A stretch of DNA of 63,830 bases, counting the filler, from Reclinomonas americana ATCC 50394 (lineage: Eukaryota): NCBI GenBank assembly GCA_048213135.1. It is 17 parts of 17 records of this genome, joined end to end, with 100 filler letters (N's around TTAATTAATTAA, not from the genome) between each part and the next. Parts side by side here need not be neighbours in the genome. Positions count along the whole stretch, not along the records: positions 12,966 to 16,000 come from AFZH01016884.1; positions 16,101 to 17,569 come from AFZH01016885.1; positions 17,670 to 20,261 come from AFZH01016887.1; positions 20,362 to 24,788 come from AFZH01016888.1; 13 more parts are not named here. The stretch is one strand, 5' to 3'. How positions within the stretch are numbered: position 1 is the first letter of the stretch; the number at the start of each line of letters is the position of its first letter. The position numbers and the translations under genes were made by a program. The notes under the pieces are model-generated. The model was given only the letters and a program-made list of their open reading frames with translations, ran no database searches and was not told the DNA's origin. This document shows, one piece after another, positions 13,213-24,000 of this stretch.

Positions 13213-14307
13213 TCACAAGTGCAGCTGGGGATTCGCAAGACAGCAATACACTACGACCTCGGCCTCCTCCACAATGAAGCAGCGCAGCACCATCTCTGGC
13301 AAGCAGCGCGGGTCCACGTCATCCTCGCTCGCCTCCTGCAACAGCATTTCTTGGACAGCGTGCATGGCCGAGCGCGCACAGTCGAGTTCCTGTCGCGCGA
13401 GACCGCATGGCGTCGACCACACGCGCACAATCTTGTCCCAGCCCCCACTGACAACGTGCTGACCATCTGGCGATACAGCAACAGAATGCACCCAACCAGT
13501 GTGTCCATCCAAACAACACACTTTTTCTCCGCTCGCCAGCGACCACACTCGCACAGTGTGGTCATCGCCCCCACACACAACATGTTGTCCATCGGGGGTG
13601 ACAGCGACAGAGTATATCGGCGCATCGCATCCGTGCAGCAGTTGCACTTCTTCTCCGCTTGCCAGCGACCACACCCTCACAGTCTCGTCAGCATCCCCAC
13701 TCACAACGTGTTGACCGTCGGGAGTAACGGCGACGGAATTCACCACACTTGTGTGCCCCTCCAGCCGCTGCATCTCCTCGCCACTCGACAGCGACACCAC
13801 ACGGACTGTTTTGTCACCACCGCCACTAACGGTATGCTGACCATCGGGAGTGATGACAACAGAGTACACTGCCCCAGTGTGGCCCTCATACCGTCTCACC
13901 TCCTCTCCACTCACCAACGACCACACTCGTACAGTGCTGTCCATACTCGCACTCACGACATGCTGGGAGTCACGGGTGACGGCAACAGCATACACTCCAG
14001 CAGTGTGTCCCTCCAATCGCCGCACCTCCTCTCCACTCGCCAGCGACCACACACGCACGATTGGGGCTTGACTCCCACTCACAACATGCTGGCCATCGGG
14101 AGTGATGGCGACAGACCACACCTCGTCAGTGTGTCCCTCCAGTCGTCGCACCTCAGCGCCACTTGCCAGTGACCACACTCGCACGGTCATGTCACCACTC
14201 CCACTCACGACATGCTGGCCGTCGGGGGTGACCGCGACAGAGTACACAGTACCACTGTGTCCTGCCAGCTCCCGATGGTGGAAGAGGAGAGGTGCGGAGG
14301 CTGACAT
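13213..14307 (-). CDS. Intronless 7-bladed WD40-repeat protein with a conserved C-terminal helical box (copy A)
   Basis: Seven near-identical 42-aa repeats GHxxxVxSVAVTPDGQHVVSGxxDxTVRVWSLASGEEVRRLE, then a ~60-aa tail shared with copy B. Confidence 0.92.
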   Translation of the reverse strand: MSASAPLLFHHRELAGHSGTVYSVAVTPDGQHVVSGSGDMTVRVWSLASGAEVRRLEGHTDEVWSVAITPDGQHVVSGSQAPIVRVWSLASGEEVRRLEGHTAGVYAVAVTRDSQHVVSASMDSTVRVWSLVSGEEVRRYEGHTGAVYSVVITPDGQHTVSGGGDKTVRVVSLSSGEEMQRLEGHTSVVNSVAVTPDGQHVVSGDADETVRVWSLASGEEVQLLHGCDAPIYSVAVTPDGQHVVCGGDDHTVRVWSLASGEKVCCLDGHTGWVHSVAVSPDGQHVVSGGWDKIVRVWSTPCGLARQELDCARSAMHAVQEMLLQEASEDDVDPRCLPEMVLRCFIVEEAEVVVYCCLANPQLHL

Positions 14308-14354
14308 GATTCGTAGAGTTGTGCAATGAGTATAATGAATAACAGCAGATTGTT

Positions 14355-14465
14355 GAGTCCCATGCTCGCCGCCGCTGACGACGTCGAAAGGAACAGTCTT
14401 TGGCTCTGCAGTGCTCCAGCAAGATTTTTGCCGAAGCATGTTGTTGTGCAAACAGACGTTCATTG
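14355..14465. repeat. Duplicated intergenic block of the WD40 array (second copy at about 13061-13180)
   Basis: Shared gagtccc...gctcgccgccgctgacgacgtcgaaagg...agtgctccagcaaga...tgccgaagc...tgttgtgca.acagacgttcatt. Confidence 0.85.
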
Positions 14466-14517
14466 AAATTGTTGACGAAGAGAAAAGAAAGAGTGCTGGC
14501 CTGTGGCCTCCAGCTCA

Positions 14518-15615
14518 TCACAAGCGCAGCTCGGGATCCGCGAAGCAGCGATTGACCACGACCTCGGCCTCCTCGACAATGAAGCAGCGCAGAACCATCT
14601 CTGGCAGGCACCGAGAGTCCACGTCATCCTCGATCTTCTGCTGCAACTGCATCTCTTGCACAACTTGCATGACTGAGCGCGCGCAGTCGAGTTCCAGTCG
14701 CGCGAGGCCGCATGGCGTCGACCACACGCGCACAGTCGCGTCGCCACTCCCACTGACAACGTGTTGGCCGTCGGGAGTAACGGCGACAGAACCCAACCAC
14801 CCAGCGTGTCCCTCCAATCGTCGCACCTCCTCGCCACTCGACAGCGACCACACTCGCACAGTTTTGTCATGACTCCCACTGACGATGCGCTGACCATCGG
14901 GAGTGACGGCGACAGAGTCCACCCACCTAGTGTGTCCCTCCAATCGTCGCACCTGCTCGCCACTCGCCAGCGACCACACGCGCACAGTCGCGTCGCCACT
15001 CCCACTCACAACGTGCTGACCGTCGGGAGTAATGGCAACAGAGTACACATGATCAACGTGTCCCTCCAGTCGTCGCACCTCCTCACCACTCGCCAGCGAC
15101 CACACTCGCACGATCCTCCCGCTTCCACTCATGACATGCTGACCATCGTGTGTGACTGCGACGGAGGTTATTTTCCGTAAGTGATACGCAAATCGCCGAA
15201 CCTCCTCTCCACTCACTAGCGACCACATGAGTAAAATGCCGTACCCACACCCACTCACTACATGCTGGGAGTCGGGGGTGACGGCAACATCATACACTCC
15301 AGCAGAGTGCCCCTCCATTCGTCGCACTTCTTCGCCACTCACCAGCGACCACACTCGCACAGTCTTGTCCTGGCTGCCGCTCACCACGTACTGAGAGTCG
15401 GGAGTGACGGCGACAGACCATACCTCGCCAGTGTGTCCTCGCAACCGTCGTACCTCTGCGCCACTTGCCAGTGACCACACTCGCACGGTGTCAGCACACC
15501 CACCCACAACATGCTTTCCATCGGGAGTAATGGCGACAGAGTGCACCTTATCAAAGGATGCATCGTTATGTGCAAGCACCCGCTGGTGGAAGAGGAGCGA
15601 AGGAGTGGAAGTCAT
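14518..15615 (-). CDS. Intronless 7-bladed WD40-repeat protein with a conserved C-terminal helical box (copy B)
   Basis: Seven repeats of the same consensus. N-terminus MTSTPSLLFHQRVL is paralogous to MSASAPLLFHHREL of copy A, and the tail is paralogous. Confidence 0.92.
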   Translation of the reverse strand: MTSTPSLLFHQRVLAHNDASFDKVHSVAITPDGKHVVGGCADTVRVWSLASGAEVRRLRGHTGEVWSVAVTPDSQYVVSGSQDKTVRVWSLVSGEEVRRMEGHSAGVYDVAVTPDSQHVVSGCGYGILLMWSLVSGEEVRRFAYHLRKITSVAVTHDGQHVMSGSGRIVRVWSLASGEEVRRLEGHVDHVYSVAITPDGQHVVSGSGDATVRVWSLASGEQVRRLEGHTRWVDSVAVTPDGQRIVSGSHDKTVRVWSLSSGEEVRRLEGHAGWLGSVAVTPDGQHVVSGSGDATVRVWSTPCGLARLELDCARSVMQVVQEMQLQQKIEDDVDSRCLPEMVLRCFIVEEAEVVVNRCFADPELRL

Positions 15616-15691
15616 TTGCTCGTGAAGCAAAGAGAATTCGATCGCGAAAGGCGGCAAGTGAAATTCCCGCGCGCTCTCTCTCTTGTCTCTC

Positions 15692-16761
15692 ATGTGGAGT
15701 GCGGAGTTGCCGTCCTCCTCGTCGACATCGACCTCGGCGGCGGCCACTGCGTCCGTGGCCGCAGCGGCGGCGTTGACTCCGATGGTGGTTGATGAGGATG
15801 CGTGGGAGAGTGATCGGGTAAAGTCGTTGTTGAAGGAGGTGAGCAGGAAAGAGAGAAGGAGGAGGGAGGAAGAGGGAGGAAGAGGGAGGGAGGGAGGGAG
15901 GGATGGAGTGAAGAGAGAGGAGGAAAGGGGGAAGGAGTGTGCAACTCACTCATTCTCTCACTTGTCTCTCACTCACACTCACTCACACACTCACTCTCTC
16001 NNNNNNNNNNNNNNNNNNNNNNNNNNNNNNNNNNNNNNNNNNNNTTAATTAATTAANNNNNNNNNNNNNNNNNNNNNNNNNNNNNNNNNNNNNNNNNNNN
16101 GCTCACTCACTCACTCACTCACATACACACACACTCACTCCCTCCCTCCCTCCCTTTTCCCTCACTCTCCCTCCCTTCTTCTCCCTCCCTCCCTTCCCCT
16201 CCAGGAACGCATGTTGCGACAGGAGCTCGCCACCATTGAGCGACGCCTGCTCGACGCCGAGGAAGCCTACTTGGAATCCACATGGACCGGACAGCGCGGC
16301 AACGCCATTCGCGGCTGGTCAGCAGGCGGCAACCGACAGCCACTCTTGGGTGCTGCTGGTGCGTGCAAGTCATCCTCTGCTCCTTGTCTCTCTCTTCTCA
16401 CACACGCGCAGGTGGCAAGGGCGCCGTGTCGGCCTCTCGATCGGGGCGTGGCAAGGGCGCAGGCGGTGCCATCAGTCTCATTGGGTCCGGTGCAGTGTCG
16501 ATGCCGGGCGCCAAGCCGATGCTGGCGGCACCGGCGAACGAGGCCGGTGGTGAGGGCCGGCATCAGTCGTCGTCGGCGTATGCCACACGCAGCGGCAGCA
16601 ACGCCGGTCACAAGACGACGGCGGCGGCCGTGGAGGTGTTTGAGGGCGAGACGCTGTTTTCGTTGTCGAGTTTCTCGAGCCCGGCCATGGAGAAGTACCA
16701 TGGCACGGTGTTGAGCAGTCATCAGCGGTCGGATGTGGACTGGTCGTTCTTGAAGACATGA
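15692..16761 (+). CDS. EAF6: Chromatin modification protein Eaf6/MEAF6-like (NuA4 HAT complex subunit); spans a linker
   Basis: LLKE|ERMLRQELATIERRLLDAEEAYLESTWTGQRGNAIRGW and ETLFSLSSFSSP match the two conserved Eaf6 blocks. Donors at 15839 and 16359. Confidence 0.8.
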
Positions 16762-16801
16762 CGGCGCACAGAAGGGGAGAGTGAACTGTGGACTGTTATT
16801 A

Positions 16802-16929
16802 TTACTGTAATTCTTGTCGCCAGGCCTCCGAGGGCGCCACTTGCCCGGTCTGCACGTAGGCCGCGGTGAAGGGCACCAGCACCTTGTAGAAGACGTGGTC
16901 GCGGGGGTGTGGGTGGTCGCCGAAGAGTT
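16802..16929 (-). CDS. Terminal exon of an unidentified gene (LFGDHPHPRDHVFYKVLVPFTAAYVQTGQVAPSEAWRQELQ*)
   Basis: Coding-like codon bias after a polypyrimidine-CAG acceptor; ends at TAA 16802-16804, convergent with the Eaf6-like gene. Confidence 0.4.
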
Positions 16930-18032
16930 CTGCGTGGGGTGGGAGGGGGGGGGGGGGGGAGAGGGAGATAGAAGATGAGCAAGGTCATGGGAGAGAAGAC
17001 AGAGAGAGAAAGAGGAGGGAGTAGGTACGAGATGAGCGAGCTGAAACCGAGGAGACTGGGAAGCATGAAGAAGCAGGTTTAGTGAAACGATGACGAAGGA
17101 GTGTATGCGAGAGAGAGAGAGAGAGAGAAAGAAAAGAAGAAAAAGAAGAAGAAGAAGAAGGAGGAGGAGGAGGAGGGGAGGAGAACAAGAAGAAGAAAAA
17201 GGGGGAGAGAAGAAACGATAAGAAAAGAAGAAGAAGGGCCAGCAAGGATTGCCGGCCCGCCAATCTGCACACACCAAGGGACGACACTCACCACACTCAG
17301 CACACAGATCAAAGTCGCTGCACGTGGAACACCGATAGCGTGTGCCGATAATCGGAGCACCACACGCGTCACAGATCGCCTGCCACTCGATCAGACAACA
17401 ACTTGACGATTACATACGCAACAGAGGAGGGCAAGGCAGACCGCATGCTCCAGTGGAGTCATGTCGCACCCCATCAGCATGCTGGCAGGTGGTTCCCTCC
17501 GGAACTGTACAGCAAGTCAGAAGAATGAAGAAGAAGAAGAAGAAGAAGAAGAAGAAGAAGAAGAAGAAGNNNNNNNNNNNNNNNNNNNNNNNNNNNNNNN
17601 NNNNNNNNNNNNNTTAATTAATTAANNNNNNNNNNNNNNNNNNNNNNNNNNNNNNNNNNNNNNNNNNNNCTCTTTCTCCTCTCACTGCATCCCTTATAAT
17701 CCTTCCATCTTCTCCCTCTGTTTCCTCCCTTCGCCCTCCCTTCTCCTCTCCCCTCTCCTCCTGCAGTCCTTCTCCCCATGGCTTCCTTTCCTGCCTCCCT
17801 CTCTTCTCTGCCTTCGTCATCACCTTCTCCCCCACCTTCTCCCTCCTTTGCCTCGTCTCTCCTCTCCCCACCTTCTCCTCCACCTTCTCCCCCACCTTCT
17901 CCCCCACCTTCTCCCCCACCTTCTCCCCCACCTTCTCCCCCACCTTCTCCCTCACCTTCTCCCTCACCTTCCCCCTCACCGTCCCCCTCACCTTCCCCTT
18001 CTCCTCCCTCTCACTGTCTCCTCTCCTTGCAG

Positions 18033-21000
18033 TGGACGCCGAATCCAGCGACGACGAGCAAGGCTCGCCCTCGCAAACCTTTTACGCGCCCGTCTCCTCC
18101 AGCGTGCTCTTCTCACCGCCCGGACTCGGCACCGCCGCCACTGCTGCCTCGCCGTACATTGGCGCCAGTGGATCACCACGACTCATGGGCACTCCGCAAC
18201 AGCGATTGATGGCCAGTGGGGGCAGCACAATGACCACCACCACCACTACGACTACTGCCGAGTTTTCCATGCAGGCGGGCGAGAGTTCGTCGTCCATGCG
18301 ACGAGCGGCTGTAGTTGCGTGTGTGAGAGGGAGAGAGAGAGAGAGAGAGTCCTCCCTCCTCTTAATCTTCTCGTTCTCATTCCCTGTGTGACGCCGCAGC
18401 TACAAGAGAGCAACAGCCACAAGCGCGACTTGATGCATGCACTGGACGATGCTGGCCTGGATCTTGGAGTTGCGTCCTCTGCTGTTCTTCCCCCTTGCTG
18501 ATCGTCCGCTGACCTCGTTCTCCAGAACAAGCTCGACCAAGCGCTGGACATGGGTCGGCAGCTGAAGAACGAGAACGACCAGCTGCGCGATCGTGTGGCT
18601 GATCTTGAACGCGAGAACGCGGTGCTGGTCGATCAGCTGCGTGCCAAGGAGACGATTTGGAACGGCACTAGTGTCACCGTGCAGCAGCTGCAACAAGACA
18701 AGCGCGCGCTGGAGACTCGCTTGGCCGAGGTCAAGGCGGAGAAGGCAGGCCTGGCGCACCAACTGCGAGAGCTGCGGCTCCGCACGTATCGCCTCAGTGT
18801 CGGCAGCGCGGTGAGTCTGGATGTGTCGGCGATGAGTACCGAGGGCGCCGCCGGCGGCGACGATGATGAGGTCTCGGTGCTCCGAGCGGAGCTGGAGCGC
18901 CTGCAGCAGCAGCGTGAACAGGAGCGTGTCGAACAGCACATGCTGCTGGCACGTTGCAAGGGACTGGAGAACGACTGCTGGGAGAAGACGAAGCAGCTGC
19001 TCGAGTCGGTCACTATTATTCACGACTTGGAGAAGCTGACGGCAATGCTGTCGCGTCGTCTCAATGCACGAGAATATGGTGCGTGCGTGCAGACAGAGTG
19101 AGAGGGGTCTCAGTGTTGGACAGGGAGAGATGTACTGTGGCGCTTCTCAGTCCTGTCCAGGTGGCGGACTTACTTTCGTCCCTGTACAAATCTTATCTCC
19201 CCTATCTCTCCCTTTCATTGATTCACCTCGCTTATTTTCTGTACGCCCAGCGAAAACACCTGACGAGGAGCTGCGCATCCGCGGACGCATCTCTACGCTC
19301 TCGACTTCAATGGCGGAGGCCGCACTGAACAGCCCACTCAAGGGCAATCGTGCCGGCGATTCTACTCCTGACCTGAATGCTGAGATTGATGCGGTGCGTT
19401 ATTTCACGTAACATTTATGTGCTGTGGATCGTTTGGAAAGAGGGAAGTGGAAAGGGAAAAGGGGGCGAATGCGGGAAGATGGACAGCAACAACCTCCCAC
19501 CCTCCTGCCGCCACTTCCCCTTTCCTTTTCCCCCTTCCACTTCCCCCTTCCACTTCCCCCTTGTTCACTGCCCCCTTTCCACTTCCCCCTTTCCACTCTC
19601 CCCGTTCCACTCTCCCCTTGTCCACTTCCCCCTATCCACTCTCCCCTTTCCACTTCCCTTTTCCACTTCCCCCTTTCCACTCCGCCCTTCCCCCTATCCA
19701 CTCTCCCCTTTCCCACTCTCCGTTTTCCACTCTCCGTTTTCCACTTCCCTTTTCCCCTTCCCCCTTTCTTCCCACTTCCCGCCTCCCTCTCTCACTGCTG
19801 CCCCACCACAGCTCCAACGGCAATGCACTCTCCTGACGACGCGCAACAACGAATTGGAGTTGATGGTGGAGGAGCTGCGCTCGTCTGGCGCGCCCACTGG
19901 ATCCTCCTCCTCTTCCACTGGTCCATCGTCGAGCTCGGTGTGTCCCATTTTCTCTGTGAAGCACCGTGCTCTCCCCTTCTTGCTGACCTCGCGCTCCTTT
20001 CAGTTGTCTCTGTCGTCGTCGGGAGTCACCACGATGACCGTGTTGACCGACCGCCTTCACCAAGTGCAACAGGAGAATGCCGACCTGCGACACCAGCTGG
20101 AAGGGTTGCGAGACGGTTCCCACATGCGCACGGTGCGGCAAGTCATGGAGCAAGTGGTGTTGTCACCCGGTGCCGCTCTGGCCTCCCCGCAGCTGCCACT
20201 ACCTGCACCATCGTCGTCTGCGGCCGCCTCCCTGCGACCGGTGGCTACCGTCGGCCACCTCNNNNNNNNNNNNNNNNNNNNNNNNNNNNNNNNNNNNNNN
20301 NNNNNTTAATTAATTAANNNNNNNNNNNNNNNNNNNNNNNNNNNNNNNNNNNNNNNNNNNNGCACGAGTCGGTTAGCGAGCTGACGTCGCAGGTCGCCTC
20401 GTTGCAGGCGCGACTCGCCATTGCCGACGAAGCTGGTGCCATTGAGCACACTCAGCTGTCCGCGGTGACGGTTGAGCGCGACGCCTTTGCTCAGCAGCTG
20501 GCCACCACCTCCGCGGAATTGGCGTCGCTGCGCGCTCAATGGCAGACCGCCACGCGCGATTTGGAGGCGATTCGCGCCGAGCGCGACGAGCTGTCGACCC
20601 TGTTCTCCGCCGACAAGGTCAGTCACACTCCGCAGCTCGCGCTGTGTGTGCGTATGTGAGTTTTTTCTCATTGCTTTTTGTTGTTTTTGCTGCTGCTCTT
20701 GGTGCAGGCCACGCGAGAGCAAGAAGTCGCGGCCTTGGAGGCGGAGCGTGACGATTTTGCCGCAAAGCTTGGCGACATGCGGCGTGCGCACGCAGCGGCG
20801 ACCACTGAGCGCGACCAGCTGCAGAGCCGCGTAATCACGCTTACCGCGACCTCGGGCGAGCAGCAGCGATCTTTGCAGGAAATGGAGCGCGGTCGACGCA
20901 CGTTTGCGGAGACCTCGGCCAAGGAGGTGGCGGCGTTGCGGGCGCAGATCGCGAGTCTGACCGCGGAGCGTGCCAGACTCATAGAGGAGGGCGATCAGGC

Positions 21001-24000
21001 ACGTCGCGCGCATCGGCGGGAAGTCGATCGCGTCAGCGATGAATTTGAGGACGCCAAGGCCGAGTTGGAGGATCATTTGGCCGCCGCCAATGCCGAGCGC
21101 GACGAGATGGCCATGCGATTGCTGGAGCAAGCCAATGGCATGCAGAAGATGGCGATGGAGGTAGAATCGCTGTTCCAGGCCATCAAGCGAGCCACTGACG
21201 AGCGCGACGAATTGCGCCGTGTGCTGGATCAGCAGATCACGTCCGTCGAAGCCAATCTGCGACAGCACGAGACCGAGCGAGACCGCCTGCTGGCCGAGGG
21301 TCAGAGTGCGCGCGAAGTACACGCGACTCGCATTGCCGATCTGGAACAGCAGCTCAACAATGCTCGTCAGCAGCATCTCGCTCTGCTGGCCGTCTCCGAG
21401 GCCCAACTGGACAAGTTGTCGGATCGTGGTCAGCGTGCACTGCAGAGCGCCGTCAGTCAGCAACACAGCACCGATTCGCGACTCACTGCGTTGCAAGAGG
21501 AACTCGACGAGACCGTGTTGTCGCTGCGGCAGCGCACGGCTCGTGTGGACGAAATGGAGCGGCAGCTTCACGAGATGCAGGAGCGGTATCAGAGGTACTG
21601 CTGTGCGCTTCTCCGTCTCCACTTTTGTGTGGCCGAAACTGACATGCGCACCGCATTTTTGTTTGTTTCGACAGTGTGGTGGAGGAGCTGCGCATCACAA
21701 CCACGTCGCACATGGAGGAGGTCAGCAGCTGGCAGTTGCGCATCGACACGTTGCAGCAGCAGTGCGACGAGATGCGTGTGGAGGCAACGGAGACATCGCA
21801 AACGCTGTCGACGTTGCGGCAGCAGCATGGAGAGGCGGTGGCACAACGTGATGCTGTCAACCAGAAACTGCTGGGGGTCAGCAGGGAGTTGGAGGAGGCT
21901 GCGCAGCGACTGGAGAGGTCTGATGAGCGACGCTTCGTTTCATATTTCGTTGATGATTCTCACGCGTCGTGAGCAGGTTGACAAACAGTGCGCAGCGAGA
22001 GGCGCAGGAGCACGCTCGTGTTGTGGCGCACTACGAAGCCGAGTTGCAGCGACTGCTGGCGGAGGGCGAGATGGCGCGGGCGGCACACTTGCAGGCGGTT
22101 CATGAGCTGCAGGTGTTGCTGGACGCGGCTCGTGCCGAGCGTGATGCCAACGCCCAGGCGCTGGCCGAACTGGACGAGGAGATTCACGGTCTGCTTGCCG
22201 ACGCCCAGCGAGTGGCCGGCGAGCGTGACATGGTCGCGGCGCAGCTCACCGAGCAGTTCACCATCATCGAGACCATGCGCGAGGAGTTGACGCAGCTCAA
22301 CACACTGCGCGTGGAGCAGCAAGTGACAATCACAACTCACAACTCGGACTTGGAGAATCTGCGCAGCACTCGCGACGACCTGAAGGCGCAGCTGAGTGCG
22401 ACACTGGCCGACATTGAACGACTGCGAGCGGAGCTGGATAGTGCGCGCGCGTCGGGCGCCGAGACGGAGACACAACGCGCCACCCTGGCCACCTCGCTTG
22501 AGCACACGACGGCCGACCGTGACTCTGTCGCGCGCCAGTTGGCCGAGCGCGAGTCGGAGTTGGTCTCGATTCGACAGGCCCGAGACGAGTTGTCACGTTC
22601 AGTGGCTGAGCTGACGTTGCATCTGTCGGCGGCTCGTACTGATATTGAGCGGTTGTCGACCGACGGTCGCGAGGCGCGCTCTCTGGCTTCCGACGCCGAG
22701 TCGCAACGTGCCGCACTGAATATCTCATTGGAACGTGCGCTGAGCGAGCGTGATGTGCTCACTCGGCAGCTGGCCGAGCGTGACGTCAAGGTCGATCGAC
22801 TGGTGGCCGAATCTGCGGTGCTGACGGGCAGATACGAGGCCGAATGCGCATCATCGGCGCGCCTGGCAGCGGAACTGGAGCAACTGCGTGCCCAGACAAC
22901 GGTCTCCAAGGTTCAACTTCAGCGACTGGGCTCGATCAAGCAGCAAGTGCACGCCCAGTTGCTGCAGGTGTCGGACGAGCACTCCACACTAGTGTCGCAA
23001 AAGGAAGGTGTCGACGCAGAACTCACCGTCGTTGGCGATCGAGCGGCGCAGCTGCAAGAGGAGCTTGATCGTGTTCGGCGCGAGCTGCACGACGCTCAAG
23101 CGAAACTGACGTCGCGCACTGAGGAATGCGCGACGCTCGCCGCTCGACTCCAGACGACCGGTGACAAGTTGAGCGAGAGCGAGACAGCCTGCTCCGCGTT
23201 GACAGCGGAGCGCGATGCTTCGCGCGAGCGCGTAGCTGGACTTGTGGCCGATGGGGCATCGTTGCTGAGTGAGCGTGATCGCCTTAGCTCGGAACTCACC
23301 ACCCTTCGCAATCTGCTGAGGAGGTCTGTTTGCGTTGAGTTGTTTGTGTGCAAAAAGAATGTGCTGCTGACGTGCGATGTGAACAGCACCGAAACTAGTG
23401 CGGAGACAAGCACCACACAACTGACACAGCTGCAGCTGAATCACGCAGCGCTGCAGTCGGACCACGAGCAGCTTAAGAATGAGTGTGCCGAACTCACGCA
23501 GCGGCTGCGTGGTGTGGGGGAGTCGAACAGCGAACTTCGCGGAGAACTCGAGCAGTGGCACAAGGCGGCGGAGGAGGCCAGTGTACAGCTGATGTCGACA
23601 CAGAAGAAGCTGCAGGAGCGTGAGGCCGACAATGAGAGGTTTGCTTGGTCTATGTTTTGTTTTATCAGTGTGTGAGTTGCTGACTCGACGTGATGTGTGC
23701 AGTTTGCGCGGTCGGTTGGACAATGCGTGGGCCGAGGGTGCACGGCTGTCGGCACACAATCGGCAGCTGTCGGACGAGTTGGCACGTGTGCTTGCCGAGG
23801 GCGAGTCGTGTCGTGCGGCGCACTTGCAAGGAACCAGTCAGTTGGAGCGACAGGTGGAGGCGCTGCAGGCAGAGCGCGATCGACAGTCGGCCAACTTGGC
23901 GGAAACCAACAGCGAGTTGGAGGGTGTGCGATCGGAGTTGCGAGTGGCACGCAACGAGTGGGAGAGGTGCGTTGATTTTTGGAGAGGAGATGCGCTGCGA

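Noticed and set aside
19417..19836. Pro/Phe/Ser- or Gly/Glu/Arg-rich ORFs in polypurine/polypyrimidine tracts (also 12590-12865, 17670-18030, 30481-30690, 41040-41690)
   Set aside because: Translations of low-complexity intronic sequence bounded by splice signals.
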